From: Polyangiales bacterium | GTDB lineage: Bacteria > Myxococcota_A > Polyangia > Polyangiales > Polyangiaceae | NCBI GenBank assembly: GCA_038230375.1 | Contig: JBBRNJ010000021.1 | Span: 1-64,000 of the forward strand | Reading direction: 5' to 3' | Length of the DNA: 64,000 nt | In this document: in pieces, positions 27,672 to 36,598 of the stretch | How the letters are laid out: each line of letters opens with the position of its first letter | Numbering within the stretch: the first letter of the stretch is position 1 | Translations under genes and position numbers: made by a program | The notes under the pieces: model-generated | What the model was told of the DNA's origin: nothing | The model's input: the letters and a program-made list of their open reading frames with translations, nothing else | Database searches by the model: none

Positions 27672-29318
27672 TCACGGCATCGCGGGCGTCCAAACAAGGA
27701 GCAGCAGCGCAAACGCGAAGGCGCCCCCGGCCACGACGAGCAATCGCCCCCGCCGGCGGATGAGCGCGAGCACCGGGAAGAGCATGAGCACACCAATGAC
27801 AGGGAAAATAGCGGGCATCGCCATCCCGAGCGCGGCCTCCACACCAGAGAGTACTGGCGACCATACCATCGCACTTGCGGCGACTGGCAGCAGGGAGCCA
27901 GCGTCTCGGAGCACCGAGCCTTCGCGGGTGGTGGCAAGCCCCAGCACCATCTCGGACCCAGCCGCGACCACGCCTGGGAAGAAGAAGAGGTAGCTCGCGC
28001 CGGGGACGATCGCCGCGACGACCACACCCACGATCAGAAACGCGAGCCAGGGTGCATGCGCAGATGCACCGGATACCCAGCGCCGTATACCACCCAGGAC
28101 GAGCGCTGCGGCGGCAGCGCCCACGAGCGTGTACGCCGCGCTAGCTCCCAGCGTTGCAGGACCGAACCTCGTGCTCAGGCGAAAGAGCTGCAACAGAGCA
28201 AGCGTCACGGCCACGGCGCATGCGAGCGCGAGCAGCCACGCGGCGTTCTCGAGCAGGAGCTGCCGGATGGACGTGAGCTCTTGCCGCACGCGGATCGTGG
28301 CAGCGAGGAGATAGATCAAGAGCACGGCCAGCGTGAGCGGCACGGCGAAGCGCGCGGGGCAAGTGGCCAGCGCGGCGCCGAACAGATCGAAGTACACGAC
28401 GTCCGCCTGGGTCTCTTGCGACGGTGGATGCGTTGCGATCGCCCGCGCGGCGGCCAGGGCGCACTCGCCTTCGTGCTGGACGCTTCGCGGGTCGAGGTGC
28501 GCAAAGTCGTCGTCCTTCGTGTGGTAGCGATCCGCGCCTCCGATGAACGCGAAGTTCAGTCCCTTGATGCCTGCGCGCTTCCACACTGTGAAATCCGTGT
28601 CGTTCGGCATGCGCCGGTAGACCTCGTAGAACAGCGAGGTCGCGACGGGGCGGCGGGCGGCTCCCGCGAACAGCGGCACGAGATCGGCGTTGCCGGGGCT
28701 GGTCTCGAACATCATGGCGGGCCCGCGATAGCCGCGGTTGTCCATGTTCACGGCCCACCGCACGGACTTTGCCTCGGGACTCTCGGCGATGAATGCGCGC
28801 GCGCCAAGCAGGCCCGCCTCCTCACCGTCGTCGACAAGGAACACCACCGAGAGCTCGTGCGGACCGTCGCTCTTCAGCGACCGCGCGATCTCGAGCACGC
28901 TCGCCGCGCCCGCAAGATCGTCTCCCACGCCTGGCCCCGCGGCCACCGAGTCGTAGTGCGCGGACACCAGCAGCGCCTCCTCGCGCGCGCCCGGCAGGGT
29001 GGCGACGACATTCTTCACCGTCGCGCACCGGCCGCGTGGGCTGCACGCGCTTCCGGTCTCCACGGTTGCGTGGAAGCCGAGCTCCTCGAAGGCAGAAACC
29101 AGGCGCTCACGCACCAGATCGTTCTCCGCGGAGCCGACCGGATGCGGAAGCATGTCCGGCAGGAGCACATGGGCAAAACCCAGGGCCCGCTCCGCCGAGA
29201 ACGCATCCGCCGCTGCACTTGCCGCAACGGGTGACGGTGGTCGCTCACCAAGGACTGCGTCCACGGCCACGAGCAACACGAAGATGAGCATGAGCGCGCG
29301 CGCCAGCATGCTCCGCAT
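27672..29318 (-). CDS. M28-family metallopeptidase with C-terminal TM domain
   Basis: PHPVGS, SAHYDSV, GVGDD, DGEEAGLLGA, NDTDF and YHT motifs, followed by multiple TM helices. Confidence 0.88.
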   Translation of the reverse strand: MRSMLARALMLIFVLLVAVDAVLGERPPSPVAASAAADAFSAERALGFAHVLLPDMLPHPVGSAENDLVRERLVSAFEELGFHATVETGSACSPRGRCATVKNVVATLPGAREEALLVSAHYDSVAAGPGVGDDLAGAASVLEIARSLKSDGPHELSVVFLVDDGEEAGLLGARAFIAESPEAKSVRWAVNMDNRGYRGPAMMFETSPGNADLVPLFAGAARRPVATSLFYEVYRRMPNDTDFTVWKRAGIKGLNFAFIGGADRYHTKDDDFAHLDPRSVQHEGECALAAARAIATHPPSQETQADVVYFDLFGAALATCPARFAVPLTLAVLLIYLLAATIRVRQELTSIRQLLLENAAWLLALACAVAVTLALLQLFRLSTRFGPATLGASAAYTLVGAAAAALVLGGIRRWVSGASAHAPWLAFLIVGVVVAAIVPGASYLFFFPGVVAAGSEMVLGLATTREGSVLRDAGSLLPVAASAMVWSPVLSGVEAALGMAMPAIFPVIGVLMLFPVLALIRRRGRLLVVAGGAFAFALLLLVWTPAMP

Positions 29319-30095
29319 TCAGCGCTTCTTCTTTGGTTTCGCCGATGGCGCCGGGTCGGGAGCCGTGTCCACCGCGCTCGGCGTGTCCGAGAGCGTGGCC
29401 CCCATGCCATCTGGACCAGCGTTGAGCGAGCCGAAGAACTTGTCCACGTAGGTGGCGACCTCGCCCACGGACGAAGGCACCGTGATCAGCTGCTCGTAGA
29501 CACGCCTGCCCACCACGTACACGTGCCCGGTGAGCAGCATCGGGAACTGCGCGGTGGCCTCTGCCTGGAATTCCCGGCCCGCGCTCTTGCCGATGACGAT
29601 CTGGCGCTCACCCCTGAGCACCGCGCCTGGCAGACCACGGATGGCGTCGTCGCGCACGGCGTCGAGGGTGCCGCGCGCGTCCGTCCGCACCGTGGGCGGA
29701 AGATCGAAGAAGATAAACGTGTAGAGTGCACCTACCCGCGAAGAGGTCGCTTGCTTGGCGGAGATCACAACGGTCCCCAGCTGGACGCTGCGCACGGACT
29801 CTTGCGGGCGCTGCGGCAACATCACCGCGAAGCGCGGTCCGTCGGGGCCGTAGTTGAACCACTCGCCCGTGCCCAGCGTGAGCAGCGCGTCTCCAGGGGG
29901 CGGCGCGTTCGGTACGCGCGGCACGGAGCCGGCACCATTCGGCGCGAAGCCTCCACCCGCGCCGGTGGTCTGCGGCGTCGAGGCCGGGTCCGGTTCGGCG
30001 CCGTTCCCCTTGGCCTTCGCAAGGAGATCCTTGCACCCCGCAGCCGGATCGGCCGCCACGATGAGCGCGGCGCAAAGGAGAGCGCGCGACATCAT
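29319..30095 (-). CDS. Hypothetical exported protein/lipoprotein (possible PsbP/DcrB-like fold)
   Basis: Signal with AAGC; RFAVMLP..GREF..YVVGRRVY..FFGSL; abuts the M28 gene. Confidence 0.6.
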   Translation of the reverse strand: MMSRALLCAALIVAADPAAGCKDLLAKAKGNGAEPDPASTPQTTGAGGGFAPNGAGSVPRVPNAPPPGDALLTLGTGEWFNYGPDGPRFAVMLPQRPQESVRSVQLGTVVISAKQATSSRVGALYTFIFFDLPPTVRTDARGTLDAVRDDAIRGLPGAVLRGERQIVIGKSAGREFQAEATAQFPMLLTGHVYVVGRRVYEQLITVPSSVGEVATYVDKFFGSLNAGPDGMGATLSDTPSAVDTAPDPAPSAKPKKKR

Positions 30096-30116
30096 CGCGA
30101 CGCGTCTCGGGCTCTG

Positions 30117-30136
30117 CGGCGGTCAGTCATCCGCCG
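30117..30136 (-). terminator. Hairpin just downstream of the fliC stop
   Basis: CGGCGG-N8-CCGCCG stem after a TGA TAG double stop; no U-tract. Confidence 0.35.
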
Positions 30137-30145
30137 AGCATACTA

Positions 30146-30976
30146 TCAGCCCTTGAGCAGCGAGAGCGCGATCTGCGGAACCTGGTTTGCCTGGGCAAGG
30201 ATGGCCGCGCCGCCCTGCGCAAGGACCTGCTCGCGAGACATCTGCGCGGTCTCCGCTGCCACGTCGACATCACGGATGCGGCTGTTCGCTGCCGACACGT
30301 TCAGGCGCATGGTCTCGATGTTCGACGTGGTGATCGAGAGGCGGTTCATGGTCGCGCCGAACCGGGCGCGGCTGTTGGACACGGACTTCAGCGCGCCGTC
30401 GATCGTGTCCAGCGCCGTCTGGGAGTTCGCCGCCAACCCGGAGAGCGTCGTGGTCGCCGAGAGAAGCGACGTCAGCTTCACGCCGCCGAACGTCAGGTTG
30501 ATGCGGTCGGAGGTGACGTTGTTGATGCCGACCTGGAACTGCACGTTGCTGGAGGCAGCGGTGATGAGGTTCAAGCCGTTGAACTTCACGCTCGTCATGA
30601 TGCGCTTCACCTCGGCCTGGAGCTGACCGAACTCCGTCTGCAGGTAGGCGCGGTCCGAGGTCTGGAGGCTGCCGTTCGCGCCCTGCGTCGCAAGCTCGCG
30701 CATGCGCTGCATGATGTCGGACACCTGGCCCAGCGCGCCGTCAGCGGTCTGCGCCATGCTGATCGCGTCGTTGGCGTTGCGCTCTGCGACCGTGTACGAG
30801 CGGATCTGCATCTTCATGCTCTCGCTGATGGCAAGGCCGGCCGCGTCGTCCGCGGCGCTGTTGATGCGGTAGCCGCTGGAGAGACGGTTGAAGCTGGCGG
30901 CCAGGGAGTCCTGCGCCATGGACAGGTTCTTCTGAGCCTGCAAGCTCGCGACGTTGGTTTGAAGGATCACAGACAT
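30146..30976 (-). CDS. fliC: Flagellin (short, 276 aa)
   Basis: TNVASL, RLSSGYRINSAADDAAGLAISE, RNANDAISMAQTADGAL, RMRELATQ, SRIRDVDVAAE, LAQANQ. Confidence 0.98.
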   Translation of the reverse strand: MSVILQTNVASLQAQKNLSMAQDSLAASFNRLSSGYRINSAADDAAGLAISESMKMQIRSYTVAERNANDAISMAQTADGALGQVSDIMQRMRELATQGANGSLQTSDRAYLQTEFGQLQAEVKRIMTSVKFNGLNLITAASSNVQFQVGINNVTSDRINLTFGGVKLTSLLSATTTLSGLAANSQTALDTIDGALKSVSNSRARFGATMNRLSITTSNIETMRLNVSAANSRIRDVDVAAETAQMSREQVLAQGGAAILAQANQVPQIALSLLKG

Positions 30977-32883
30977 GATGACTTCCTCGACTGCTGCTTT
31001 GGGTTTTTCGGTGAATCGATTCTGACGTTTCGTTTGCCGCGCTCGAGCTCCTGGCGGAGAGAGCGCGCGCCCTTTGCGATGACGCGCGCAAGGTCAATGC
31101 TCGATGCGATGCCCTGCTCGGCCTCCTGGCGCATGTCCATGCCATTCATGTCTGGCATCGCGGCCTTGAGCTTGGCTGTGTCGCCATAGAGAAAGCCCGA
31201 GAGCATGGGCACCTTGGCAGACGCTGCGCGGACCGCCTCTTCTGCGACCGTGAGCGCATCGAAGGCGCGGACTATCTCGGCCGGTTGTTCGCTGTCGATG
31301 ATGGCGCGCGCGTCTCGTGCGATGCGAGACAGGTCGTTCGCGCGGCGCTCCACGCGGGTCGTCGCCTCGATCTGTGCATCGAAGAAGCGCGCGACGGCAC
31401 GACGAGAAAGGGGCGGACGCTTCGTCTTTGCGATCGTCGCCAGGTCATCGACGGAGACGTTCGTGTCCGGGAGGCTCTTCACCACGTCTGCCAGCGTCGC
31501 CTCGCGGAAGCCCGCGATGCGCGAGCCGCCCTCCGTCGCGTTGACCAGCTCCACGTGCCCCTGCATCGATGTTGCCCAGATCTCGAACCACAGGCGGAAT
31601 GCGTTGAACGACGCAGTGGAGATGACCTCGCCCTCGCCGCCCCACGCGGGCACCTCGAACATGGGGTCCTTGGCCGGCGCCGCGCCGAGCTTCGACTCCG
31701 CCCGCACCTGCGTGATCGTCTCGTTGTAGGTGAACGCGACGTTCTTGCCGCCTTCGTCCCTCTGTACCTTGCAGCCGTCGAACGCGGTGCCGCTCGCGTG
31801 GGTGGATGCACCGGAGTACCCAAGGTCCTGGCCCACGAGGACGATTGGAGAGCAACCGAACAGCGTGGCGAGCGAGAACGCAACCGTGGAGACGCTGCCA
31901 CCGACGATGACGCCGGGAACGTCCGCGAGCTTCACCACAGCGGAGAACGGGCCGAGCGCCTCGAAGAAGGGCATGACGTGCCCCGCCTGAACCTGAAAGC
32001 AGTCCGGGTGCCCGGTGAGGCTCGGGGACAGGATCACGTCCTTGATGTAGGAGAGGCTGGCGATGTGCTTCGAGAGGTTCAGCGCCTCGAGGCTCACGAT
32101 CACGTGCGGCGCGATGCCGTTGCGATCCATCGCGCCGCCCGCGACATCAACGGCGATCACGATGCCCTTCTTCTTTGCAAGGGCGAGCGCCTTGATGTTC
32201 TTGTCGAGCGACGGTCCGGCCCCGACGATGAACGCGGGCACTCCTTCGAGCGAGCCCGACAGCGCCGTCACCGGTGACGTGTCCGAGAGCACGTGGAGGT
32301 TCTGCGCCATGTGGCCGATCCACTCGGAGAAGCGCGCAGAGCGCGTGTTCTCGATGATCTCGGTGTCGCAGATCAGCTTCTGGATCGACGCCCGAAGGGC
32401 CAGGAGCTCCTCGGGGAAGACGTTCGCGTAGCCCTGCGTGATGAAGAGCGTCGCGGTCGTCTCGTTCGTGAGCGCCGGCCACATCGCCTCGAGCTCCATC
32501 AGGTCCGTGGTGACGTGAACGCCGCCAAGATCCGTTGGGCCGTGCTCGAGCAGCGTGCGCAGCAGGGACGGGTCGGGCTCGTACACCAGGATGTTGCCCT
32601 GCGTGCGTGCGCGTAGCTCGCGCACCGCGTAGCCCACGCCCATACCGAACACGACGGACAGCGTCTTCTGGCCCTTCATTGCATCGAACGAGTGACGGAA
32701 GATCTCCGCGTTCGCCACCGCGCCGAGCAGACCGACGTCCGTGAAGAGCGCAGGCGTTCCATCCGGCAGGGCCACCACGCGGCCACGCGGCTTCGCCTCC
32801 AGGACCTCGCGCTTGGAGCGCGGCGGCATCAGGAGCACGGCGGCGTTCGCCGTCGCGAAGTCTTCGGTGAACGACACGCTCAT
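30967..32883 (-). CDS. maf: Motility-associated factor (Maf/DUF115) flagellin glycosyltransferase
   Basis: FGMGVGY, YEPD, IVGAGPSLDKN, GGSVS, GCSPIVLVGQDLGY, VNATEGG motifs; adjacent to fliC. Confidence 0.88.
   Translation of the reverse strand: MSVSFTEDFATANAAVLLMPPRSKREVLEAKPRGRVVALPDGTPALFTDVGLLGAVANAEIFRHSFDAMKGQKTLSVVFGMGVGYAVRELRARTQGNILVYEPDPSLLRTLLEHGPTDLGGVHVTTDLMELEAMWPALTNETTATLFITQGYANVFPEELLALRASIQKLICDTEIIENTRSARFSEWIGHMAQNLHVLSDTSPVTALSGSLEGVPAFIVGAGPSLDKNIKALALAKKKGIVIAVDVAGGAMDRNGIAPHVIVSLEALNLSKHIASLSYIKDVILSPSLTGHPDCFQVQAGHVMPFFEALGPFSAVVKLADVPGVIVGGSVSTVAFSLATLFGCSPIVLVGQDLGYSGASTHASGTAFDGCKVQRDEGGKNVAFTYNETITQVRAESKLGAAPAKDPMFEVPAWGGEGEVISTASFNAFRLWFEIWATSMQGHVELVNATEGGSRIAGFREATLADVVKSLPDTNVSVDDLATIAKTKRPPLSRRAVARFFDAQIEATTRVERRANDLSRIARDARAIIDSEQPAEIVRAFDALTVAEEAVRAASAKVPMLSGFLYGDTAKLKAAMPDMNGMDMRQEAEQGIASSIDLARVIAKGARSLRQELERGKRNVRIDSPKNPKQQSRKSSCL
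31005..31031 (-). promoter_or_regulatory. Weak candidate sigma28 promoter for fliC, inside the maf 3' end
   Basis: GAAA-N15-ACCGAAAA versus consensus TAAA-N15-GCCGATAA; followed by GAGGAAG SD. Confidence 0.35.
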
Positions 32884-33158
32884 CGCTCGTCACCGGTCGC
32901 GTTGTCAGTGGCCTGCTCGCGCGCGGGCTCGGCGCTGGGCTTGCCGCCGCCGAGCAGCGCTTGCTCGTCCAGCTCCGCGTCCGCGGCCGCAAGGTTCGCC
33001 TTCGCGACGGCCTCGTAGACCTCGCCGCGCACCACGCTCTGCGAATGGGGCGCGTCGATCGCAAGCCGCACCGTGCTCTTGTGGATCTCCGCAACGCGTA
33101 CCTCTACGCATCCGCCGATCACGATCTTCTCTCCCAGCCGCCGCGTGAACATCAGCAT
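32880..33158 (-). CDS. csrA: Carbon storage regulator CsrA
   Basis: MLMFTRRLGEKIVIG..VRLAIDAP..VVRGEVYEAV..ANLAA; located downstream of flgL. Confidence 0.92.
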   Translation of the reverse strand: MLMFTRRLGEKIVIGGCVEVRVAEIHKSTVRLAIDAPHSQSVVRGEVYEAVAKANLAAADAELDEQALLGGGKPSAEPAREQATDNATGDER

Positions 33159-33196
33159 GTTCGAGGGAGGTGCACGGAGGATGCCAGGGGCCGATC

Positions 33197-33223
33197 AGAA
33201 CGGCACTCTCAGGAAGACCTTGA
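33197..33223 (-). promoter_or_regulatory. Candidate sigma28 promoter for csrA-maf-fliC
   Basis: TCAA-N15-GCCGTTCT in the flgL-csrA spacer. Confidence 0.5.
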
Positions 33224-33231
33224 GAGGCAAT

Positions 33232-34113
33232 TCACGCCGTGAACCACGCGGAAAGCGTGGAGAGCACCTGCTTGCCCACGGCGATCGCTTGGGTGTACGT
33301 CGTTTGCGCCTGGGAAAGCTGGGAATACGCGGTCGGAAGGTCGGCGTCGGCGATGTTGTGCTTCGCGCTCGCCAGCATGGTCAAGCTCTGCGAATGCGTG
33401 GACTGTGTGGTCGTGAGGCGGCTCATCAGCAGGCCGGTATCAGCGCGAGCGGCAGTGATTTGACCGTGTGCATCGTCCAATCCTTTGACGCTGGCAGCGA
33501 TCGCAGTCGGGTCGTTGGCGTCCAGCGCGGTCTTCAGATCCTGGAGTGCCTTGAACGCGTCGGTGCCGCCCGCCGCGGTGAACGCCTTCGCGCCGCTGGT
33601 GTTGGCGACGACGGAAACGCCCTGCGCGATGTCGACGTTTCGCGTGCTGTCGTTGCCCTGGAAGGTGCCGCTGGCATCGAACGCGGCGGTCTGTGTGAGC
33701 GTTCCAGAAAAGATGAACCCGTGTTCGCCCTTCGTGTTCGCCAGGCTCAAGAGATCGCCCAGCATGCCGTCCACTTGCAATGACAGGATCGCCCGATCGC
33801 TCGCGGAAAGCGCCCCGGATGAGCCCTGCAGCGCAACGGACTTCGCCTCCGTGAAGAGGTCCGTGGCGCTCGCGAGGGTGCCTTCGGCGAGCTCTGCATC
33901 GCCTTGCACTCGCTGGATTACCGACTGAAAGCTCTGTGTCTGATCCTCGATGGTGCCCAGGCGGACGAGTGCCGCCGCACCAGCGGGATCATCTTCAGGA
34001 GCCGCGATCTTGAGGCCGGTCGACGCCGTCCTGGACGCATCGAGCAGGCGGCTCTCGAGCCGCTGTGTGGAGCTGCTCAAGGCGTCGTACTGCATGGAGT
34101 TCGTGATGCGCAT
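33232..34113 (-). CDS. flgL: Flagellar hook-associated protein 3
   Basis: Starts MRITNSM (ATG 34113); ASTGLKI..PEDDPAGA, ANTKGEHGFIFSG; follows flgK. Confidence 0.93.
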   Translation of the reverse strand: MRITNSMQYDALSSSTQRLESRLLDASRTASTGLKIAAPEDDPAGAAALVRLGTIEDQTQSFQSVIQRVQGDAELAEGTLASATDLFTEAKSVALQGSSGALSASDRAILSLQVDGMLGDLLSLANTKGEHGFIFSGTLTQTAAFDASGTFQGNDSTRNVDIAQGVSVVANTSGAKAFTAAGGTDAFKALQDLKTALDANDPTAIAASVKGLDDAHGQITAARADTGLLMSRLTTTQSTHSQSLTMLASAKHNIADADLPTAYSQLSQAQTTYTQAIAVGKQVLSTLSAWFTA

Positions 34114-34153
34114 GGAAGACGTCCGTCCAAGAATCAAGCCAACGTGAAGCGGC

Positions 34154-35521
34154 TCAGAGCGTCTGCATGAGACCAGCCAGGAGCTGGTCGGCAGCCTGGA
34201 GCACCTTGGCGTTCGCCTGGTAGGCGCGCTGGTACATGGAGAGGTTCGCCATCTCCTCGTCGAGCGAGACGCCGCTGGCGGAGTCATTCATGGTCTTTGC
34301 CTGCGTGTAGAGGCTCTGCTGCACGCCCACCTCGCGGTCGGCGGACTGCTTCGTGGAGCCGACGAAGCCGACGATGTCGCTGAACGCATCGGCGGGAGTC
34401 TTGGTGCCGCCCCCGGCGATCTGCTGCGTGCCCAGGCCAGCGAGGAGTGCCGCGTTGCCGTTGTCGCCCGGTGCGGCGGCGGGGTCAGCCGCGGCTGCCA
34501 CGCGCTCGGGGTGGCCCACCATCTGCGAATCCAGCGCGAACGACTGCGCGGTGCCCGGCGGTCCCGCGAAGGAGAACAGCGCTCTGCCGGTGACGCCGTC
34601 GGCGCCGTAGCCAGCCGCATGCTGCGTGTTCATGGCAGTGCCGATCTCCGACACGAAGGTGTCGAGCTTCGACTGAACCGCCGGTATGTCCCTGTCACGC
34701 GCGGTGATGAGGCCGGCGAGCTTCCCGCCCGCGATGCTTCCGGTCACGTCTGCGCCCGCGCCGCCGTTCGCCGATGCGGTCACCTGCGTGTTGCCCGCTG
34801 CGTCCATACCCACGTTGAGCTTCGTCGCGTTGCTGCCCGACACCAGCGCGGTGCCACCGCCCAGGATCGTCACCTGGCCCGTCGCGTCCGTCACCACCTT
34901 CACGTCCACGCGCTGCGAGAGGTCGGCCACGAGCGACTGCCGCTTGTCCTCCAGGCTGCTCGCGTCACCACCGGACGCCTTTGCCTTCGTGATGTCGCCG
35001 TTGAGCGCTGCGATCTGCGCGGTGATGCCGTTGATCTCGTCGGCCGTGCCCTTCGCCTGCGAGAGCAGGCCACTGCGCTGCGAGGCAAGGTCGGTGGCCA
35101 CACCGCGCACCTGGCTCGCGAAGGAATCAGCGGCGGAGAGCATGGCGCCGCGCGTCGTGGTGTCGTCGGGCGATGCCGCGAGCGCGCTCATGGACGAGAA
35201 GAACCGGGACATCGCGTCTGCGATCCCGGAGCTCTGTGTCTCGTTGAAGAGCTGCGACACGGAGCCAAGCGCATTGTCGCGCGCTCCGGCGGCCGATGAG
35301 CTGCCGCCCGTGACGATCATGCGAGCGGCGGAGAACTGGTCGAACACGCGCGAGGCATTGCCAGCCGTCACGCCGCCGCCGAGCATGCTGGCAAGGTCAG
35401 GCGTCTTGCGGCTGTAGCCGGGCGTGTTGACGTTGGAGACGTTGCTGCCCGTGATGTCGAGCGCGTACGCATTCGCGGCAAGGCCGCTCTGCGCAAGTCC
35501 GAGGAGACTGCCAAGGCCCAT
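34154..35521 (-). CDS. flgK: Flagellar hook-associated protein 1
   Basis: GSNVSNVNTPGYSR, GDNGNA, SGVSLDEEMANL..YQRAYQANAKV. Confidence 0.96.
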   Translation of the reverse strand: MGLGSLLGLAQSGLAANAYALDITGSNVSNVNTPGYSRKTPDLASMLGGGVTAGNASRVFDQFSAARMIVTGGSSSAAGARDNALGSVSQLFNETQSSGIADAMSRFFSSMSALAASPDDTTTRGAMLSAADSFASQVRGVATDLASQRSGLLSQAKGTADEINGITAQIAALNGDITKAKASGGDASSLEDKRQSLVADLSQRVDVKVVTDATGQVTILGGGTALVSGSNATKLNVGMDAAGNTQVTASANGGAGADVTGSIAGGKLAGLITARDRDIPAVQSKLDTFVSEIGTAMNTQHAAGYGADGVTGRALFSFAGPPGTAQSFALDSQMVGHPERVAAAADPAAAPGDNGNAALLAGLGTQQIAGGGTKTPADAFSDIVGFVGSTKQSADREVGVQQSLYTQAKTMNDSASGVSLDEEMANLSMYQRAYQANAKVLQAADQLLAGLMQTL

Positions 35522-35524
35522 CGA

Positions 35525-35854
35525 TCAGCCTCGCACGTTGATGCGGACGGGCGCCGGCGTGCGGCTCTCACCCGTCGCAGTACCGGCGAGCGCCGCCAGC
35601 GCGCCGCGGATGCACGCACGCGCATGCACGAGCAGCCGTTGGTTGTCGCGCGCCAAGGTCAGGACCTCGTGCACGTCCCGTTTGTCGATCTGCTTCTTCT
35701 CGTCGGGCGTCGCCGTCTCCAGCGCGGAGAGGCAGCGGAGCTTGTTCTGGGAGAGCTCCTCGACGCTCTTCACATCCATGGACTCGAGCGCCTTGCGCTC
35801 CCGCATCAGGATGTCAGTCAGGTCCACCAGCGCGGCCTTGAGAGAGTCGGCCAT
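35525..35854 (-). CDS. flgN: Flagellar export chaperone FlgN
   Basis: Helical 109 aa (L..ERKAL..K..NQRLL) between flgM and flgK. Confidence 0.75.
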   Translation of the reverse strand: MADSLKAALVDLTDILMRERKALESMDVKSVEELSQNKLRCLSALETATPDEKKQIDKRDVHEVLTLARDNQRLLVHARACIRGALAALAGTATGESRTPAPVRINVRG

Positions 35855-35857
35855 GGC

Positions 35858-36187
35858 TCAACCCGTCCGGTCCACGAGGTGCTGCGCGATCGCGCGGGAG
35901 TCGACCTTGAGCGAGCCATTCGCGATCTTGTCCTTCAGCGCGGCGACCTTCGCGGCGTCCACGCCGCCGGCCTCCGTGGTGCTGGCCGCCTGTACAGCGG
36001 CACCGGCGGCCAATTGACGGGCCTCCGGCGAGATCGTGACGCGTGCGTCCTCGGCGCCACGCACCTGCGACGTCGGTCCCTTCGAGTGTCCACCTTCCAC
36101 GCCGCCATTTCCCTTCACGCGGCCTGCGCGTTCCGAGAGGTTGACCGTGTTCTGGTAAGCGGAGATTGCGCGGGGATCGACCTTCAT
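35858..36187 (-). CDS. flgM: Anti-sigma28 factor FlgM
   Basis: RVTISPEARQL..VDAAKVAALKDKIANGSLKVDSRAIA. Confidence 0.9.
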   Translation of the reverse strand: MKVDPRAISAYQNTVNLSERAGRVKGNGGVEGGHSKGPTSQVRGAEDARVTISPEARQLAAGAAVQAASTTEAGGVDAAKVAALKDKIANGSLKVDSRAIAQHLVDRTG

Positions 36188-36258
36188 GAGCTCCTCGATT
36201 CGTTAGCGAGTGAAGTGGGTGGCGGGCCCTTCGGGGGCGACGCCGCCGTCACCAGACA

Positions 36259-36285
36259 TGGACGGGCGCGCGAGGCGCGACTTTA
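36259..36285 (-). promoter_or_regulatory. Candidate sigma28 promoter for flgM-flgN-flgK-flgL
   Basis: TAAA-N15-CCCGTCCA upstream of flgM; perfect -35, imperfect -10. Confidence 0.45.
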
Positions 36286-36315
36286 GGGGGACGGGAAAAA
36301 AATCGTCGTCACCCT

Positions 36316-36585
36316 TCATTTCTTCTCGCCAAGGATCCTCTCCAGCGAATCGGCCAGGCCGATGCCGCCGCCGCGGCCCATGGCGTCGGCGAGCGCATCC
36401 GTCACCATCTGTCCGTACATCTGCGAGCCCGGCGCCTTCCCGGTCATCGACGTGGTCTTCTCGAGTGACGCGAGCATCTTCCTGAGGAAGATGCCCTCGA
36501 ACTCCTTGGCGACACGATGTTCCTCCGACGGAGGGGCCTGCTTGGCCTCGAGCGGCTGGATGTGGCGGGTGTCATCGATCTTCAC
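36316..36585 (-). CDS. flgJ: FlgJ, rod-binding domain only (no muramidase domain)
   Basis: GTG 36585 with SD; VAKEFEGIFLRKML..MYGQM..GGIGLADSL. Confidence 0.85.
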   Translation of the reverse strand: MKIDDTRHIQPLEAKQAPPSEEHRVAKEFEGIFLRKMLASLEKTTSMTGKAPGSQMYGQMVTDALADAMGRGGGIGLADSLERILGEKK

Positions 36586-36598
36586 GTCTTCACTCCCT

